Shown: positions 17,676 to 34,629, counted from the first letter of the stretch. The stretch is 64,000 bases of DNA from the human T2T-CHM13v2.0 reference genome, Homo sapiens (GCF_009914755.1 NC_060928.1); one strand, 5' to 3'. The notes: a model not told the origin generated them from the letters alone. Program-made: numbers and translations.

Positions 17676-17764
17676 GGCAGAGATGTACCATCTTTCCCAT
17701 TCAGCAATGATTCTTTAGTTTTCCCATGAATCAGATCCTTCTCTCATCAGCTCACTGCACACAC

Positions 17765-17911
17765 TCACCATGGTTTATTGCCTACATTTTCATGACCTAT
17801 AAAAAACCTTTATGCCCATGCTTCTGACATTTATATTTTCTGTCTCTACTTGTCCTCTGAGATCCAGATCTAATTGCCTATTTTATTTGACAGATGACCT
17901 CAAACCCAACG
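17765..17911 (+). mobile_element. L2 fragment
   Basis: atttatattttctgtctctacttgtcctctgagatccagatctaattgcctat...ctcaaacccaacg resembles the L2 body. Confidence 0.5.
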
Positions 17912-19761
17912 TATTAACCTTAAATGTAAATGGGCTAAATGCTCCAATTAAAAGACACAGACTGGCAAATTGCATAAAGAGTCAAGACCCATCAGTGTGC
18001 TGTATTCAGCAGACCCATCTCACATGCAGAGATACATACAGGCTCAAAATAAAGGGATGGAGGAAACTCTACCAAGCAAACGGAAAACAAAAAAAAGGCA
18101 GGGGTAGCATTTAGCCCATTTACAAAGGTTAATACTGTTATGTGTGAATTTGATCCTGTCATTATGATGTTAGCTCGTTATTTTGCTCATTAGCTGATGC
18201 AGTTTCTTCTTAGCATCGATGGTCTTTACAATTTGGCATGTTTTTGCAGTGGCTGTATATGAAATTCTGGGTTGAAGCTTAGTTTGGCTGGATATGAAAT
18301 TCTGGGTTGAAAATTCTTTTAAGAATGTTGCATATTGGCACCCACTCTCTTCTGGCTTGTAGAGTTTCTGCTGAGAGATCTGCTGTTAGTCTGATGGGCT
18401 TCTCTTTGTTCTTTTACATTTGCTGAGGAATGCTTTACTTCCAACTATGTGATCAATTTTGGAATAAGTGTGATGTGGTGCTGAGAAGAATGTATATTCT
18501 GTTGATTTGGGGTGGAGAGTTCTGTAGATGTCTATTAGGTCCACTTGGTGCAGAGCTGAATTCAATTCCTGGATATCCTTGTTAACTTTCTGTCTCATTG
18601 ATCTGTCTAATATTGACAGTAGGGTGTTAAAGTCTCCCATTATTATCGTGTGGGAGTCTAAGTCTCCTTGTAGGTCTCTAAGGACTTGCTTTATGAATCT
18701 GGGTGCTCATGTATTGGGTGCATATAGATTTAGGATAGTTAGCTCTTCTTGTTGAATTGATCCCTTTACCATTATGTAATGGCCTTTTTTGTCTCTTTTG
18801 ATCTTTGCTGGTTTAAAGTCTGTTTTATCAGAGATTAGGATTGAAACCCATCTAACAAAGGGCTAATATCCAGAATCTACAATGAACTCAAACAAATTTA
18901 CAAAAAACAAACAAACAACCCCATCAAAAAGTGGGTGAAGGATATGAACAGACACTTCTCAAAAGAAGACATTTATGCAGCCAACAGACACATGAAAAAA
19001 ATGCTCATCATCACTGGCCATCAGATAAATGCAAATCAAAACCACAATGAGATAACATTTCACGCCAGTTAGAATGGCAATCATTAAAAAGTCAGGAAAT
19101 GAAAGGTGCTGGAGAGGGTGTGGAGAAATGGGAATACTTTTACAGTGTTGGTGGGACTGTAAACTAGTTCAGCCATTGTGGAAGATAGTGTGGCAATTCC
19201 TCAAGCATCTAGAACTAGAAATACCATTTGACCCAGCCATCCCATTACTGGGTATATACCCAAAGGATTATAAATCATGCTACTATAAAGACACATGTAC
19301 ACGTATGTTTACTGCGGCACTATTCACAATAGCAAAGACTTGGAACCAACCCAAATGTGCATCAGTGATAGACTGGATTAAGAAAATGTGGCACATATAC
19401 ACCATGGAATACTATGCAGCCATAAAAAAGGATGAGTTCATGTTCTTTGTAAGGACATGGATGAAGCTGGAAACCATCATTCTCAGTGAACTATTGCAGG
19501 GACAAAAAATCAAACACCACATGTTCTCACTCATAGGTGGGAATTGAACAACGAGAACACTCGGACACAGGAAGGGGAACATCACACACTGGGGCCTGTT
19601 GTGGGATGGGGGGAGGGGGGAGGGATAGCATAGGAGATATACCTAATGTAAATGACGAGTTAATGAGTGCAGCACACCAACATGGCACATGTATACATGT
19701 GTAACAAACCTGCATGTTGTGCACATGTACCCTAGAACTTAAAGCATAATAATAAAAAAAA
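17912..19761. mobile_element. Scrambled L1PA5-like insertion, five segments (+,-,-,-,+)
   Basis: A(+) 17912-18105 ORF2 start; B(-) 18106-18255 ORF1 end/spacer; C(-) 18256-18409 ORF1; D(-) 18407-18849 EN; E(+) 18846-19761 3' end with poly(A). Confidence 0.92.
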
Positions 19762-19764
19762 GAG

Positions 19765-19935
19765 TAAGTTAATTACAATGTGAGTTTTTAGTACTCATTA
19801 CCTTTGTTTGAAATGTGTTAATTATAAATTTATATCTTTTAATTTTTAACAATTACTATGTTTAACACAATTTTGACTTGTAAACTTCCGGAAATTTAAG
19901 AATTAGCATCTGTGAATTGTTTCAATTTAATCTTG
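19765..19935 (+). mobile_element. hAT DNA transposon fossil (MER63-like)
   Basis: ctatgtttaacacaattttgacttgtaaacttccggaaatttaagaattagcatctgtga resembles the MER63 3' end. Confidence 0.4.
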
Positions 19936-20400
19936 GATCACCAGGACAGAGAGAATATTTTACCCTTTTTCCTCACTCACCATGACTACCCCTTGACACC
20001 CAGGGTAGAGGGCAAGGAATACTTCCATGATGGGAAAAATGCCTTTATGGCCCAAGGTGCTCATTCTGTTGGAATTAGCCCACATCACAAAGCCCCAGAT
20101 GTCTTCCTTTCACCAAGCCATCTTTTGTGCTTCACTTCCCTCAATATATACTTTTTTGTTTCTCATGGTGCTCAAAAGTTTTGAAAACAACTTTTTAAAA
20201 TTTTTGAAGGATGTATTTACTATAGAATGTGAACATACTCTGTACTGTTCAAACATGGTAGATGATGACTCTATTGAGTAAATGCCTCCAGAGCTAAAAC
20301 AGAAAACTCAAAAGCCATTACAAATTATCCCAATCTTCTGCACTCTGAAGAAAGTAAGAGAAAAGAAGAGAAAAAAACATGAGAGTAACTGGGGGAAGAG

Positions 20401-20850
20401 CAGGCAACAAGCACCCCACCCTGGACTCTGCGCTTGATAGGCCCCTGCCCCATGGCATAGAATCATGCTCCAATCACTGAGCAAGGCGCCTACATGGGTA
20501 AAGGAGGTGGCCACCAGTGTCCACACCTCCCTTTTCCAGACTGCACTTCATACTCAAATAGCCCTGGGCCCATTCTAGGGCCTATGCAGGCCTCTTCCCC
20601 AGGTTCTTTCTCTGAAGGAGGACTGCTTCTGTGCCACTAGGCCAGATGGGTAACCAAAGGGATTGCTGGTGCCTGGTGGAGAGGGGTTAGGAGGGAGCTT
20701 TGTGCTTGTAGCCCATATGTCCAAGTGCATGTGCGCGAGGACCTTTGTGGTATGACACAGAGCCACAGTGGGAAAAGAAGGGGGCAGGCCACAGACCAGG
20801 CCTCTATTTGTAGTCTACCCAGGGCCACCAAATGTTAGAGGTAAGCCTAG
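20401..20850 (-). mobile_element. hAT-Tip100 fossil (MER115-like)
   Basis: GC-rich block ending ggcctctatttgtagtctacccagggccaccaaatgttagaggtaagcctag, like the MER115/Zaphod terminus. Confidence 0.5.
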
Positions 20851-21780
20851 GCATGAATATTTTGAGCAGAGAAAGCAGGAAGTAGAGAAGCCCTGACCTT
20901 TCTCTTCCTAGTGTGAATCTTCTCAGCATCATCTCAGAAATCACTTGACCTTCTTTCCTAACCCCATAGATAAGCAAGATTTTCTATATCTATGATCATT
21001 GAGGAGGGATGATACCACCACAAACAGCCCCACCACTCCCCCACCTAGTGCCTGACAAAGCTACTCTTCCAGAGGTCCGTATCTAAGAATTTCTCTCTTT
21101 TTAAAATCAAGTTCATTACCTGGGGCACTTTTGTTCTGTGCATGTTTGTGATTAATTAGATGTTTGTATGGGGCAATCATCGGACCTAGCAATGTCCTAT
21201 GTTCTAGTTTCCCCCACACTCCTACAGAAGCCTGATTCCTTTGGAAATTCTCAATTCTGGTATATTATGATTTAGTGTCAGTGACAACAGCAGTCAGTTC
21301 TGGGGCAAATATGTACCTTGTCAGTGTGTATTGCTTTACACTGACTCTGACAGGACCCCCATGGGCATCAGCAAAACAAAACAAAGCAAAACAGAAACAA
21401 AATAAACAAACAAAAAAACCTGATTCCAGAGTCACTGCCCTCCAATAAGCCTATCTGTCACTACTTTAGAAAGACCATGATTGCCTGTTGTTGCATCACC
21501 AAACTTAGTGCTCTGCCCTCCAAGGTCACCAACCCCTTGGTAAAATAAAATAATTTACGGCATTTTATTTTTCTCTAGTCAAGTGCCATAACTTCTATCT
21601 TGTACATAAGTCAAGGAGATGAGCCCAAGAAATCTCACATTTAATCTCACATTCACTTAGAAAGCTTGCACAGACTCAGGAAGAGAACTGATACTTTAAA
21701 AAAAAAAAATCTAGAGTAACATTAAACTCTAAGCCTTTACAATCTTTTTGAGAGTAGACCAACTTCCTATGTGAAGATAG

Positions 21781-21811
21781 TGTTTGTGAGTGTGTGTGTG
21801 TGTGTGTGTGT
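21781..21811. repeat. (TG)n microsatellite
   Basis: Direct reading. Confidence 0.95.
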
Positions 21812-23087
21812 ATAATAGAGTATGTGAACATATTTGAGAGCAGTGACAAAGGGTAGCACGGAATTCCAGAAGAGAGAACTTTTGGAGCAAACCAGAACAC
21901 AATACATTTGTATTCTTTCCTAACAAAGAGTGAATGTTCAAAAATAAAAGCAATCTTCAGATGCTGAGCTCTTAGATATCTTGTGCTACTGCTCCCATAA
22001 TTGCCCTTAATATATCTGATGAACTCTATGAACCACTGGGTAACTGTCCTTTAAAAAGACATCTCTGTTGTCTAATCCTTAATGTTTGAGTTCCCAGGCT
22101 GCCTTTTCACTGGTGTCTTCCTTATAGTCAATTCCTTGAGGAACTCATTCAGCTTAATTTTAGTATTATACAGGAACAGTTGTGCTTCTCTAAATAAGTT
22201 CTTGTAAAGCATCTGCTTAAACGAGGGAATTCTCCATAGGACCTTACTGTGGCTAATCTTCCCAGTTGTAATCATCTTTGAAGGGAAGCATCTGTCATCA
22301 CTCCCTGGGTGAATGCTCAGGTTTGTTTTTCTCTGCTCTCTCACATCCTTCATCTAATCTCTCACTTATTAAGATTGCAATGGTGAGGTATTTCATGACA
22401 TCTTTTCCCCTGCCTCAGATAAACTCACTTAATTTAATCAATGAATAGTCAGTGTAGTTTCACTTCCTAGATTCCCATTTGTCTTGCTGACATTGCTTGT
22501 AATCATTTGTAAGCTTTTTATGTTCTTTTTCTTTTTTGTTTCAAATAGAAATTTCCAATGAAGAGTCTTTACCCTCATTCTTCTGAAATTTAGGAAATAT
22601 GAATTTGCTATATCTATCTAATTTCATTATTGATGACAGCCAAGAGATAGGGCGTTGAAAACAAAATTTGTGTTTAATATTGTCACGGAATAGCTAATAT
22701 GGAAATAAACCACGGTTATGAAATTCACATTTGACTGGTAGTTTATTGAATTAAGATTTGCAATCGCTGGTATCAACAGTTTGGTACTTGTTAGAGATCA
22801 GTTTTAAAGCCATTTAATATAAATATCTCATATATACTGATGACATTCCTTCAAAGGCATGAAAGAAAAAATAGGCTGTTTTTTAAAGAGGTATGTTTAA
22901 AACATACTATGTATTCTCAAAATCAAGTCGTTTGGCTTGACCATTTAAACATTCTTTTAAGTAATGCTGCATTTAAAAATAAACTAAGGTGTGTGGAGTT
23001 GAGTTCATAATCCTTTGTTCATAGCATACTGTCACTATTGGTCTACGTCTACATATGGCCTTTTTGGTCTATGTATGGCTTCTTTGT

Positions 23088-23137
23088 TATCCCTACACTT
23101 ATCCCTACACTTATCATGTATCCCTACACTTATCATG
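23088..23137. repeat. Short tandem repeat (tatccctacact x3, with tatcatg x2)
   Basis: Direct reading. Confidence 0.85.
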
Positions 23138-23139
23138 AG

Positions 23140-23460
23140 ACCTAGAAAATTAACAAGAAATTGTATCTCCCAATGTGATTCTCCCCCACTCTTTCCTCCT
23201 TCCACTCCCACTCCAGTTAATTATTACCCTTAATCTTTTGCATATTATTCAATTCCTTTTCTAAAAATAGTTTATTTTATTAGTATTGCTAAAAATATTG
23301 TTCATATTTTTGTTTTTAGTTATATAAAAAGTACATAATATTGTATATAATGTTCTGGAATTTACTTTTTCACTAATTTTTTTTTGTATATTACATGAAC
23401 ATCTGTCCACATTGTCAGTTGTAGTTGTAGCTTTTAATTTCTATGTTTTATGACTATTTT
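23140..23460 (-). mobile_element. Ancient L1ME-type 3'UTR fragment
   Basis: tatataaaaagtacataatattgtatataatgttctggaatttactttttcact pattern typical of L1M 3' ends in reverse. Confidence 0.45.
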
Positions 23461-23994
23461 AAAACATATTTTTATTTTTATGCTATCTTTTTATAAAAAG
23501 TTTTCTGGATAAAATAAATGGATAACATACATTAGTTGCACACATTTTTACAGCATTAGAAATATTAATATTACATTCAAATAAAGCTAGCTCAAGATGA
23601 TATTCAATATGAAGCTTCTACTCTGAATGGAAAGAACAAGACAAAGATCTAAGTAAGCAGTTTTGCTTCAAAACCAGAAATTAATGAAACTGAGATTTTA
23701 TCACCATTCAAAATTATGAGATTAAATGTTATTTTCAAAAATGTAATTGAAAGATATTATTACCACTATAGTTTAACTTTTTACTGAACAACTTTAACCA
23801 AAATATTGTAACCAAAACCTTTTAACATAATGGGCTGAGGACAAATGTGAGATACAGGTGCCAACCAAGCCCAGCTTCCTCCTATGTCCATTTTATGAGT
23901 GGTAGGAACACTTGGCACAGGTCTTGCATGCAGATGTGAGAGTTTCTCCATTGTGTAAACAGTGAGGGGCCAACTTTCCAAATGGCACGTGGAA

Positions 23995-27375
<3,381 letters not shown>

Positions 27376-27759
27376 TTAAAAAATTTTTAACTGGCATACC
27401 ACTCAAAACTGTCTGCTTGGGTTCACTAATCTGACAGTTCCTAGGCAGTAATCACTGTCCCCCAACCTCACCCCTCCTTCTTGGACAAATGGTCTAGGAT
27501 AGTTTTCCAGATGTTGGGGTGAATGTCTTCCTTACTTATTTTTCCTCCTCCTACCCACAGTTTTCTGTCTGGTTTTTCTGTCATAGCTTCTTACTCTTTT
27601 TATCCCTATCTTTGAGTCAATTGTCCTCTTTGCTTTCTTAATAGATCTTGATGGCACTTTATAATCAGACCCAAAGGATTAACTACCAAAAAACTAGTTT
27701 ACCCTTCCTTAAAGGCATATAAAAGCTTAATTTTCAAATGCTCCCAGAAGTGAAGATAG

Positions 27760-27853
27760 CACCAGGTTATGGGTAGGTTGGTAGGCTCTGCTAATCTGGG
27801 CTGGGTTTGGCTGATCCCAGGTATGTTTGCTCATAGTTCTGACATTAGCTATT
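27760..27853 (-). repeat. Inverted copy of MLT1 segment 27221-27314
   Basis: Manual alignment 79/94 identical, no gaps. Confidence 0.85.
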
Positions 27854-28939
27854 ATTTGGTTCTGAGATGGTAATAAGAAGGTGAGGATGGGGAAATATTG
27901 GGGCTCTTTGAGTGTTCAGATCCTTCTAATGCACCAAAAAGAGTTTGAAAAGCAAAACTGATAAGTAATAAAATTAGAACACATTAAATATTTCTATCCT
28001 CACTTCAAGTACTCTTTGCAGGTACGTGTGATCCAAATTTCTCCAGGTCTTACCAGTTTAATTTCATGTTAATACTAATGACTCATATTTTTTAAAGAAC
28101 CCTATCCCCCAAGAAGTTTTGCCTGTTGATATCTGCTAATGTCCAGAGACTGTGTCACATATGTCACAGCCATTCCTTCGGTTGCATTCACTACTTGGAT
28201 TCTGACCCATTCTCCCTGCTCCTGTTCATACATTGAGGTCCACTGCCTCTGCATTTACTGAAGGCTGACCTTACGTTGAAACTATTGTGGGAAACACATA
28301 GAAGACTTCCAGTGCTTGTGCCAAGACTGTTGTCCTCTCATGCTCTCGATACTGCTAAACTCAAGGTGCCATATTTGGGCAGAGGTGGAGGAAATATTCT
28401 TCTCTCTACCACTGTCACAATCTAGATACCTGTGTCTTGCTAAAGAAGCCCTCTTTGTTTTCTCAAGGTCAAGATCTTGCTTAAAGTCCCTCTTTCCATA
28501 AGTCTCAGAAATGAGTCCATGACATAGTGCCAGAAGCCAAATGTTTGCAACAGACACCTTGCTATCTTCTGCATCCCCAATTTTATCCCATTTTTTTTTT
28601 TTTGGCAGTCAGCCTTTTCCCATGATCATCAATTTATATAGACACCTCCAGACCACCCACTATATACGCTCATTAAATTGTCCTATGTTTGCATGAATCT
28701 CAGTGGTAGGTGCAACTTGGGCTCAAGGTGGGATGGGACCCCCCTCCCTGTATAATGCCTTAGGAAAGCTTTAATATACTGTAGACATAACATTAATACT
28801 ATTCTTTTTATTCTCTCAGTGAATGATCAGATCATCATAAAATGGCTAGGTCTGAGTTATTTCCAATATCTCATTAAACTTTTTAGTCATCATCCCTCCG
28901 GGCTTAAACTGTGAAGGGAGAAGAGACCTCAAATAACCT

Positions 28940-29032
28940 CCCACATCTCTGCTCCCCAACAAACCTACCACACCTGCATAGTGTCTGGCACATGGAAGGC
29001 ATATAATACCTATTTGATGAATGACGGAATGT
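28940..29032 (+). mobile_element. L2 3' end
   Basis: gcatagtgtctggcacatggaaggc...tatttgatgaatga. Confidence 0.6.
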
Positions 29033-30154
29033 GCAAACACTTCCCTACCCATCCACAACTTCAGTTTCAAGGATTATGAAAGCAGCCAAAGTTGAAAAAA
29101 AGAAAAAGACCAAAAAATACATGGCAAGAATGGCTAGTTCAAGATCCATTGGGCCCAGAGAATTTGGCCAGACTAAAATGCAGCAGAGTGTATGACAGTT
29201 GCTAAAGCAGGACCAGAGTGCCATTGCTCTTTCCTCTTCTCCACGTCAAGCTCTATATTCCCTTTTATACCACCAGCAAATGGCTTGAGAGAAAGTGTCT
29301 AACAAGTAATTATAACCACAGCCAGATTTGCTCTTGTTCTATTTCCAAATTGTAACTGCATTCTACTTTGTTTATTCTTTACTTTCAAAATTATCCATTT
29401 CACTATGGTATTTATAAACATATTCCTTTTAATAGCCAACGGCAACATTACCTTGAGAGAGAGAATTAGGAAACATTCTCTTTGTCAGAGCTCAAAATGA
29501 TATCCTGCAGAGTGAAAGAGCACTTTTATACAATATAAATACTTAACTATTTTATTAACGTATTAGCTGAAGCCTTACAGAAAGAAAAAAATAGACACTT
29601 CCTGAGTCTCAGAGGTGATAACAAAGCTGTTCAGGCAGCTAGGCCAGGAAACATCTTTCTGTTTCCTCTGGAATAACACATCTGTCAAAGTCAGATTTAC
29701 AAAAGAAAATCCATGTGACTTCTAGCCAAGAACTCTTGAAACCCAAATAATTTTGGATATTTTTATAACATATTAGGGAGCATATTCCAAATTTCTTAAG
29801 TTGAAGATCCTAGTTCAAGGCTACCTATACCTGTTTTGGACCTGTAGAATTTTGTATTTATAGACTAGGCACAGATAAATCCTCATTTTTCCTGTGTGTG
29901 TTAAAAAGCTATGTCATTCCTTCTGAGATTCTTGGCCAACTTAAATGGCCTTTTAGACTTTATGGACAAAGAACATGTGGCCCAAAGAACATGTGGGCAA
30001 GTACGTATCTCTGTGAGGTCAATTCTAAAGAGTTTGAGAAGTTGGTTTTGGGACAGTCCAAGAAACTTGCTTTGCCAGTCAAGGAATTCCTTTGCTTTCT
30101 ATCAAGCACATTATCTCCTCCTAAAATTATTGTCCAATGTGTGATGCCCAAATC

Positions 30155-30277
30155 AAAACACTTGGCTTCTCAATCTTAGACTTCTCAGCTTCCAGAACTA
30201 TAAGCCAATAAATTTCTATTCATTATAAATTACTATATGTGGTATTCTGTTATAGCAGCACAAAACAGACTAAGACA
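30155..30277 (+). mobile_element. MaLR LTR 3' end (MLT1A/MST-like)
   Basis: ttccagaactataagccaataaatttctattc...tatagcagcacaaaacagactaagaca. Confidence 0.8.
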
Positions 30278-30836
30278 CTAACCTAGACCTCTTCTTCTGC
30301 CTGAAGTTTAGAAAAAGTAAAATTGTAATTTGAAAAATTAATTAATTTTAAAATTAAATTAAAATTAAAAATTACATCATAATTCAAAATAAAAGTATTA
30401 TATAAAAAACACACAGAGAGAGAAAGAGAGAGAAACATTGTCTCTACAAACAAAAAAAGCACAGCAGGAAGACATGTCAGACATCTGTACACTTGCACCA
30501 CTGTATTTTGAAACAGTTTCTTAATTTCTTATAGAAACTAAGAAAATTATAGACATTATGATAAATTAAATAAGTCTGAATCAGGAAAATGCAGAAATAA
30601 GGCAATTGAAGAGATAAAAGATTTCAGAGATCTAATAGAACCCAGGAAAGAATTAGAAATAAGAGAAAAAATTATTTCAGAAACAAAAGCTAAGATAGGC
30701 AGAATATACGAATGAATAAACACAATACCTTAAGAGATAGGGTGTAATAAACACAATGGTAAATACCTTATTCTATAAGCATGAAAAACTATTCAAGCAA
30801 AATGGGCAGATATAGAAGATAGGTAAATAAAATCCA

Positions 30837-30840
<4 letters not shown>

Positions 30841-30890
<50 letters not shown>
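30841..30890. repeat. (CA)n microsatellite, about 23 units
   Basis: Direct reading. Confidence 0.97.
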
Positions 30891-30893
<3 letters not shown>

Positions 30894-31159
30894 GAATTGA
30901 AGGGGAAAAAATTGAACACAACAAATACTAAAAGTCATAAATGAAGAAGATTTTTCTGAAACAATAAAAAAAAGATTTAGAGCTATGTTGGAAATGATAT
31001 ACTTCATATCTGGGAATACCAACTTAAGATTATTAACACCAAAATATATTCTGCTAAAAGTACTAGACGTTTAAGAAAAGAAAAAATGTTCTTAGCTTCC
31101 AGCCAAAAAGACAAGACACCCATAAAAGTAAGAAAGTGATTATCATCATTATATTATAT

Positions 31160-31436
31160 ATATTTTTAAATTTACTTACTTTTGAGACAGGGTCTTGCTC
31201 TGTTGCCAAGGTTGGAGTGCAGTGGTGCAATCACTGCTTGCTGCAGCCTCGACTCCTTGGGCTCAAGCAGTCCTTCCACTTCCACCTCAGCCTGCCAGAT
31301 GGCTAGGACTACAGGTACAAGCCAAGACAGCCAGCTAATTTTTTTTGTAGAGATGAGTTCTTGTCATATTGCCCAGCCTCAAACTCCTGGGCTCAAGCAG
31401 TCCTCCCAGTTTGGCCTCCCAAAGTGCTGGGATTAC
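31160..31436 (-). mobile_element. AluJ, slightly 5'-truncated
   Basis: gagacagggtcttgctc, ctgggctcaagcagtcctccc AluJ diagnostics; high divergence. Confidence 0.9.
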
Positions 31437-31895
31437 CCATCATTATGTTTCAACAGAAATTCTTTATGCTGGCAGACAATGGAGTAGTAGGTTGAGATTC
31501 TTAAGGGAAGTAAATGTGAGTAAAGCACTTTATAACAATTGAAACTGATATTCAAATATAAAGGCCAAAATCTTTTAAGAATATGCAGAAATGCAGGGAA
31601 TATTATTCCCATTAATACCTCCTGAGGAATCTACTAGAGAGTAAGCTTCAGCCTAAAGGATGGTAGAAGACAGTAAATACAGTATGAAGTGGCTATGTGC
31701 TCTAACAATATAGATTTACCACAACTATGAAAAACTTGGGAGAATGGGAAAGTATATGAAAAGTAGAATGAGCTTACGGATTTTATTATAGCAAATTATT
31801 AATTACGCTAACAACATCGAGAACCAGGATTTTTGATGTGGGAGAAATAAAATTTGTATTTAAAATGAATCAAATTAGTACAAACCCTATAGCTC

Positions 31896-32273
31896 TGTTA
31901 TGAACTGAATGTTTGTGTCCCCCTAAATTTATATATTGAAGCCCTCATCCCCAATGTGATGGTATCTGAGATGAGGCCTTTGGGAGATAATTGGGATTAG
32001 ATTAGATTAGATTAGACAGTGGGGGCCTCATGGTGGGATTAATGCCGTTATAGGAAGAGGAAGACAAATAAATTCTCTCCCCAGACTTCACCCTGTTACA
32101 TACTGAGGAAAGGCCATGTGAGGACATTGCAAGAAGGTGGCCAACCAGAATCTCACCCTGCTGGCACCTTGATCTCAGATTTCCAACCTCCAGAACTGTG
32201 AGAAAATAAATTTCTATTATTTAAACCATCCACTCTCTGTTATTTCATATGGCAGCCCAAGCTGACTAAGACA
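31896..32273 (+). mobile_element. MLT1A-type solo LTR
   Basis: tgttatgaactgaatgtttgtgtcccc...gctgactaagaca; near-TSD agctc. Confidence 0.88.
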
Positions 32274-32900
32274 GCTCCAAATACAATTGGAATAATATTT
32301 GTATAAACTCATAATAATTTTATCTTTAAAAACATGTATTTCTGAGCCCTGTCTATTGATCATGGCTAGCAATGACAACTCAATAGCAAAGAGAATGCCT
32401 ATTGTCCTGACAGTTGTCTCTACTATATTCCACTAAATCAACCAGGGCTTCTTGGAAAAAATGGCTGATTCTAGATCTAGGGCAGAAATACAAAACAGGA
32501 GATTAGAACATCTTGTCAATCCAGAAAATGGGGAGGCAAAAGGAGAAAAAGTCTCCTAGGATTAAATCTAAAGGATTTGAAAACCAATTTGAAGGAGCTC
32601 CCACTGGTGACAGTGGGAATAATTTGAATAGCAATAAAAATAATGGCTATAAAAATTGTACACATCAAGTAAGTTTAAAATCATGCATTCATTTTGATAT
32701 TATGAAGTACCCACATTGATAACCATTGGAGGAATTTAGAAAACAAATTCAGTATTTTGAAAACAGTGAAATAAAAAGAAGCAAGCATTTATCATGTATT
32801 TCTACACAAACTAAAAGTAAATATTTAATGATGAGCATTTTCACTTTAAAGAAATATGCCAGGTCATAAGTGAAGAAGAAAAGACAGCATTATCATCCAT
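32274..32900 (+). mobile_element. L1MC4/5-type 3'UTR fossil
   Basis: accagggcttcttggaaaaaatggctgattctag and ggagctcccactgg hallmarks. Confidence 0.65.
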
Positions 32901-33310
32901 TGGCCTCTTTTCCTCTCCCTCAACAGAAGACTTAAAGGCCAAAGGACTTTTAAAACTAATTTTTAACAAATTAGTAAAGGTCAAAGTGAGAGTAATTATT
33001 CCAAAGTAGTTCCTTAGAGTAAGAAGATGTGTCTTATAGATCAGGAGCCAAAGCACAAGTTTTCATCCCATTTATATTTTTCTGTGGTGAAAACTGTGCC
33101 ATTCATTCATCAAAAGGTATTGGATGGAATTATTTGCATATGTATTAAAAAGTTGGGATATGAAGTAAAGATAAAATGGAATGCCTACTTGGAGAAATCT
33201 TCAACATTTGAAGAAGTATGTTGATATGTTTGTCTACATTTGCCTTACCTTTCACTATAGCCAAGAAACTAGGAATTTTGTTTGATTTACAAAATACAGG
33301 TTTTAGGTAC

Positions 33311-33653
33311 TTCTATGGACTGAATATTTGTGTCCTCCCCCCAAAATTCTTAAGTGTTTATTATTAGGAGGTGGGGTGTTATTAGGTTATGTTATTTGGG
33401 AAATGATTAGGTCATGAGGATGGAACCCTGATGGGGTTAGTGTCCTTATAAAAGAGATTCCAGAGTGATTCATTGCTCCTTCAGCGATGTGAGGACACAG
33501 TGAGAAGGTGCCATCCATAAACCAGAAAATAGGACCGCACCAGACTGAATCTGTCAGCACCTTGATCTTGAATTTCCCAGCGTCCAGAACTGTGAGAAAT
33601 AAATTTCTGTTGTTTAAGGTATTTTTGTTATAATAGCACAAGTGGACTAAGAG
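33311..33653 (+). mobile_element. MLT1A-type solo LTR
   Basis: ctatggactgaatatttgtgtcc...ccagaactgtgagaaataaatttctgttgtttaag...ggactaaga. Confidence 0.85.
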
Positions 33654-33959
33654 AAAAACTAATTTTTGTTGTTTTTAAATCAGAATTGAATTTATTTTGC
33701 CGTGGCTGAAACGAAAGCAACTGTATGAAAAATAGAGTAGACACTCCGTTTTAAAGGCCCATCCTCCCAGTAGGTGGAGCTATAATGCTTGTAGACTGAA
33801 ATAAACAGAATCTTGACTCTGTTTCCTCTCTCTTAAATCCTGGCACAGTAATGGAACTGCTGAAGGTTAACCTAAAGATGTCTTTTTCTGATTTTTATTT
33901 GGTAAATTGTTTATCGGCCCTAACTGTGCATTAAAATTATTTAGATTGGTTTTTTTAAG

Positions 33960-34050
33960 TTGCAAATACTTAGGAGTATGCCTAGGAAATGGGTATTTTT
34001 TTAAAGTACTCCATTGATTCTATTTTATAGCCAGAGGAGACAACCACTGG
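33960..34050. mobile_element. MER5-like hAT-Charlie fragment
   Basis: gcctaggaaatgggtattttt...gattct...gccag...aaccactgg. Confidence 0.45.
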
Positions 34051-34629
34051 CCCAACAGGGGAAAGAGATCATCTTCCATGGAGTAAGAATATAGAGAAGC
34101 AGTAATATGATAAAAGAAAAGCCTTTTATAACAAGCATTTATGGGTTTCAGGATTTAATCCAATAACAAAAACAATGAACAGCAAACACAATGTTTCTCA
34201 TTTATAAAAATTTGGTTCTTTTTTATCTACTTTTTGGAAAATAAGAAATTTTATTTTTGTTTTTTACTGTGTAATGTCTATTTCATGTTAAGATGTGTTG
34301 AGCTTTTCAGTGATCATAAAATTTGGATAATATGTTCGTGTAGTCTCTCCACTGCTCCTCAGCCTTTTCCAATCAATTAAAGTATGCTAGAAGCAGCAAA
34401 TAAATACAGTGATCTCTGGAAGCTTTCAAATACCCAGTGACAAGTGCTTTTCACTGTCTACAACAGTTACAAGTGTCATTACCAGACACAGAAATGTGAT
34501 CTTACTGTAAGTGCAGAGGAGGAGCAAGGGTGGCAGCCACTTCAGAATTAGCCTCAATTTCCATTTTAATCTGTGGTTATCATGGTTATGTAGGAAGCAC
34601 CCAAAATGTCATTTCCACCATGACATTGC

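Larger units (their letters stand above)
30420..31800 (+). mobile_element. HAL1 (half-L1) fossil interrupted by (CA)n and AluJ
   Basis: ORF1-like A-rich sequence; aatatgcagaaatgcagggaatattattccc...cctgaggaatctactagagagtaagcttcag is HAL1-like. Confidence 0.6.

Noticed and set aside
29967-30004. caaagaacatgtgg direct repeat as a p53 response element
   Set aside because: Half-sites deviate from RRRCWWGYYY and core spacing is non-canonical; likely a small duplication.
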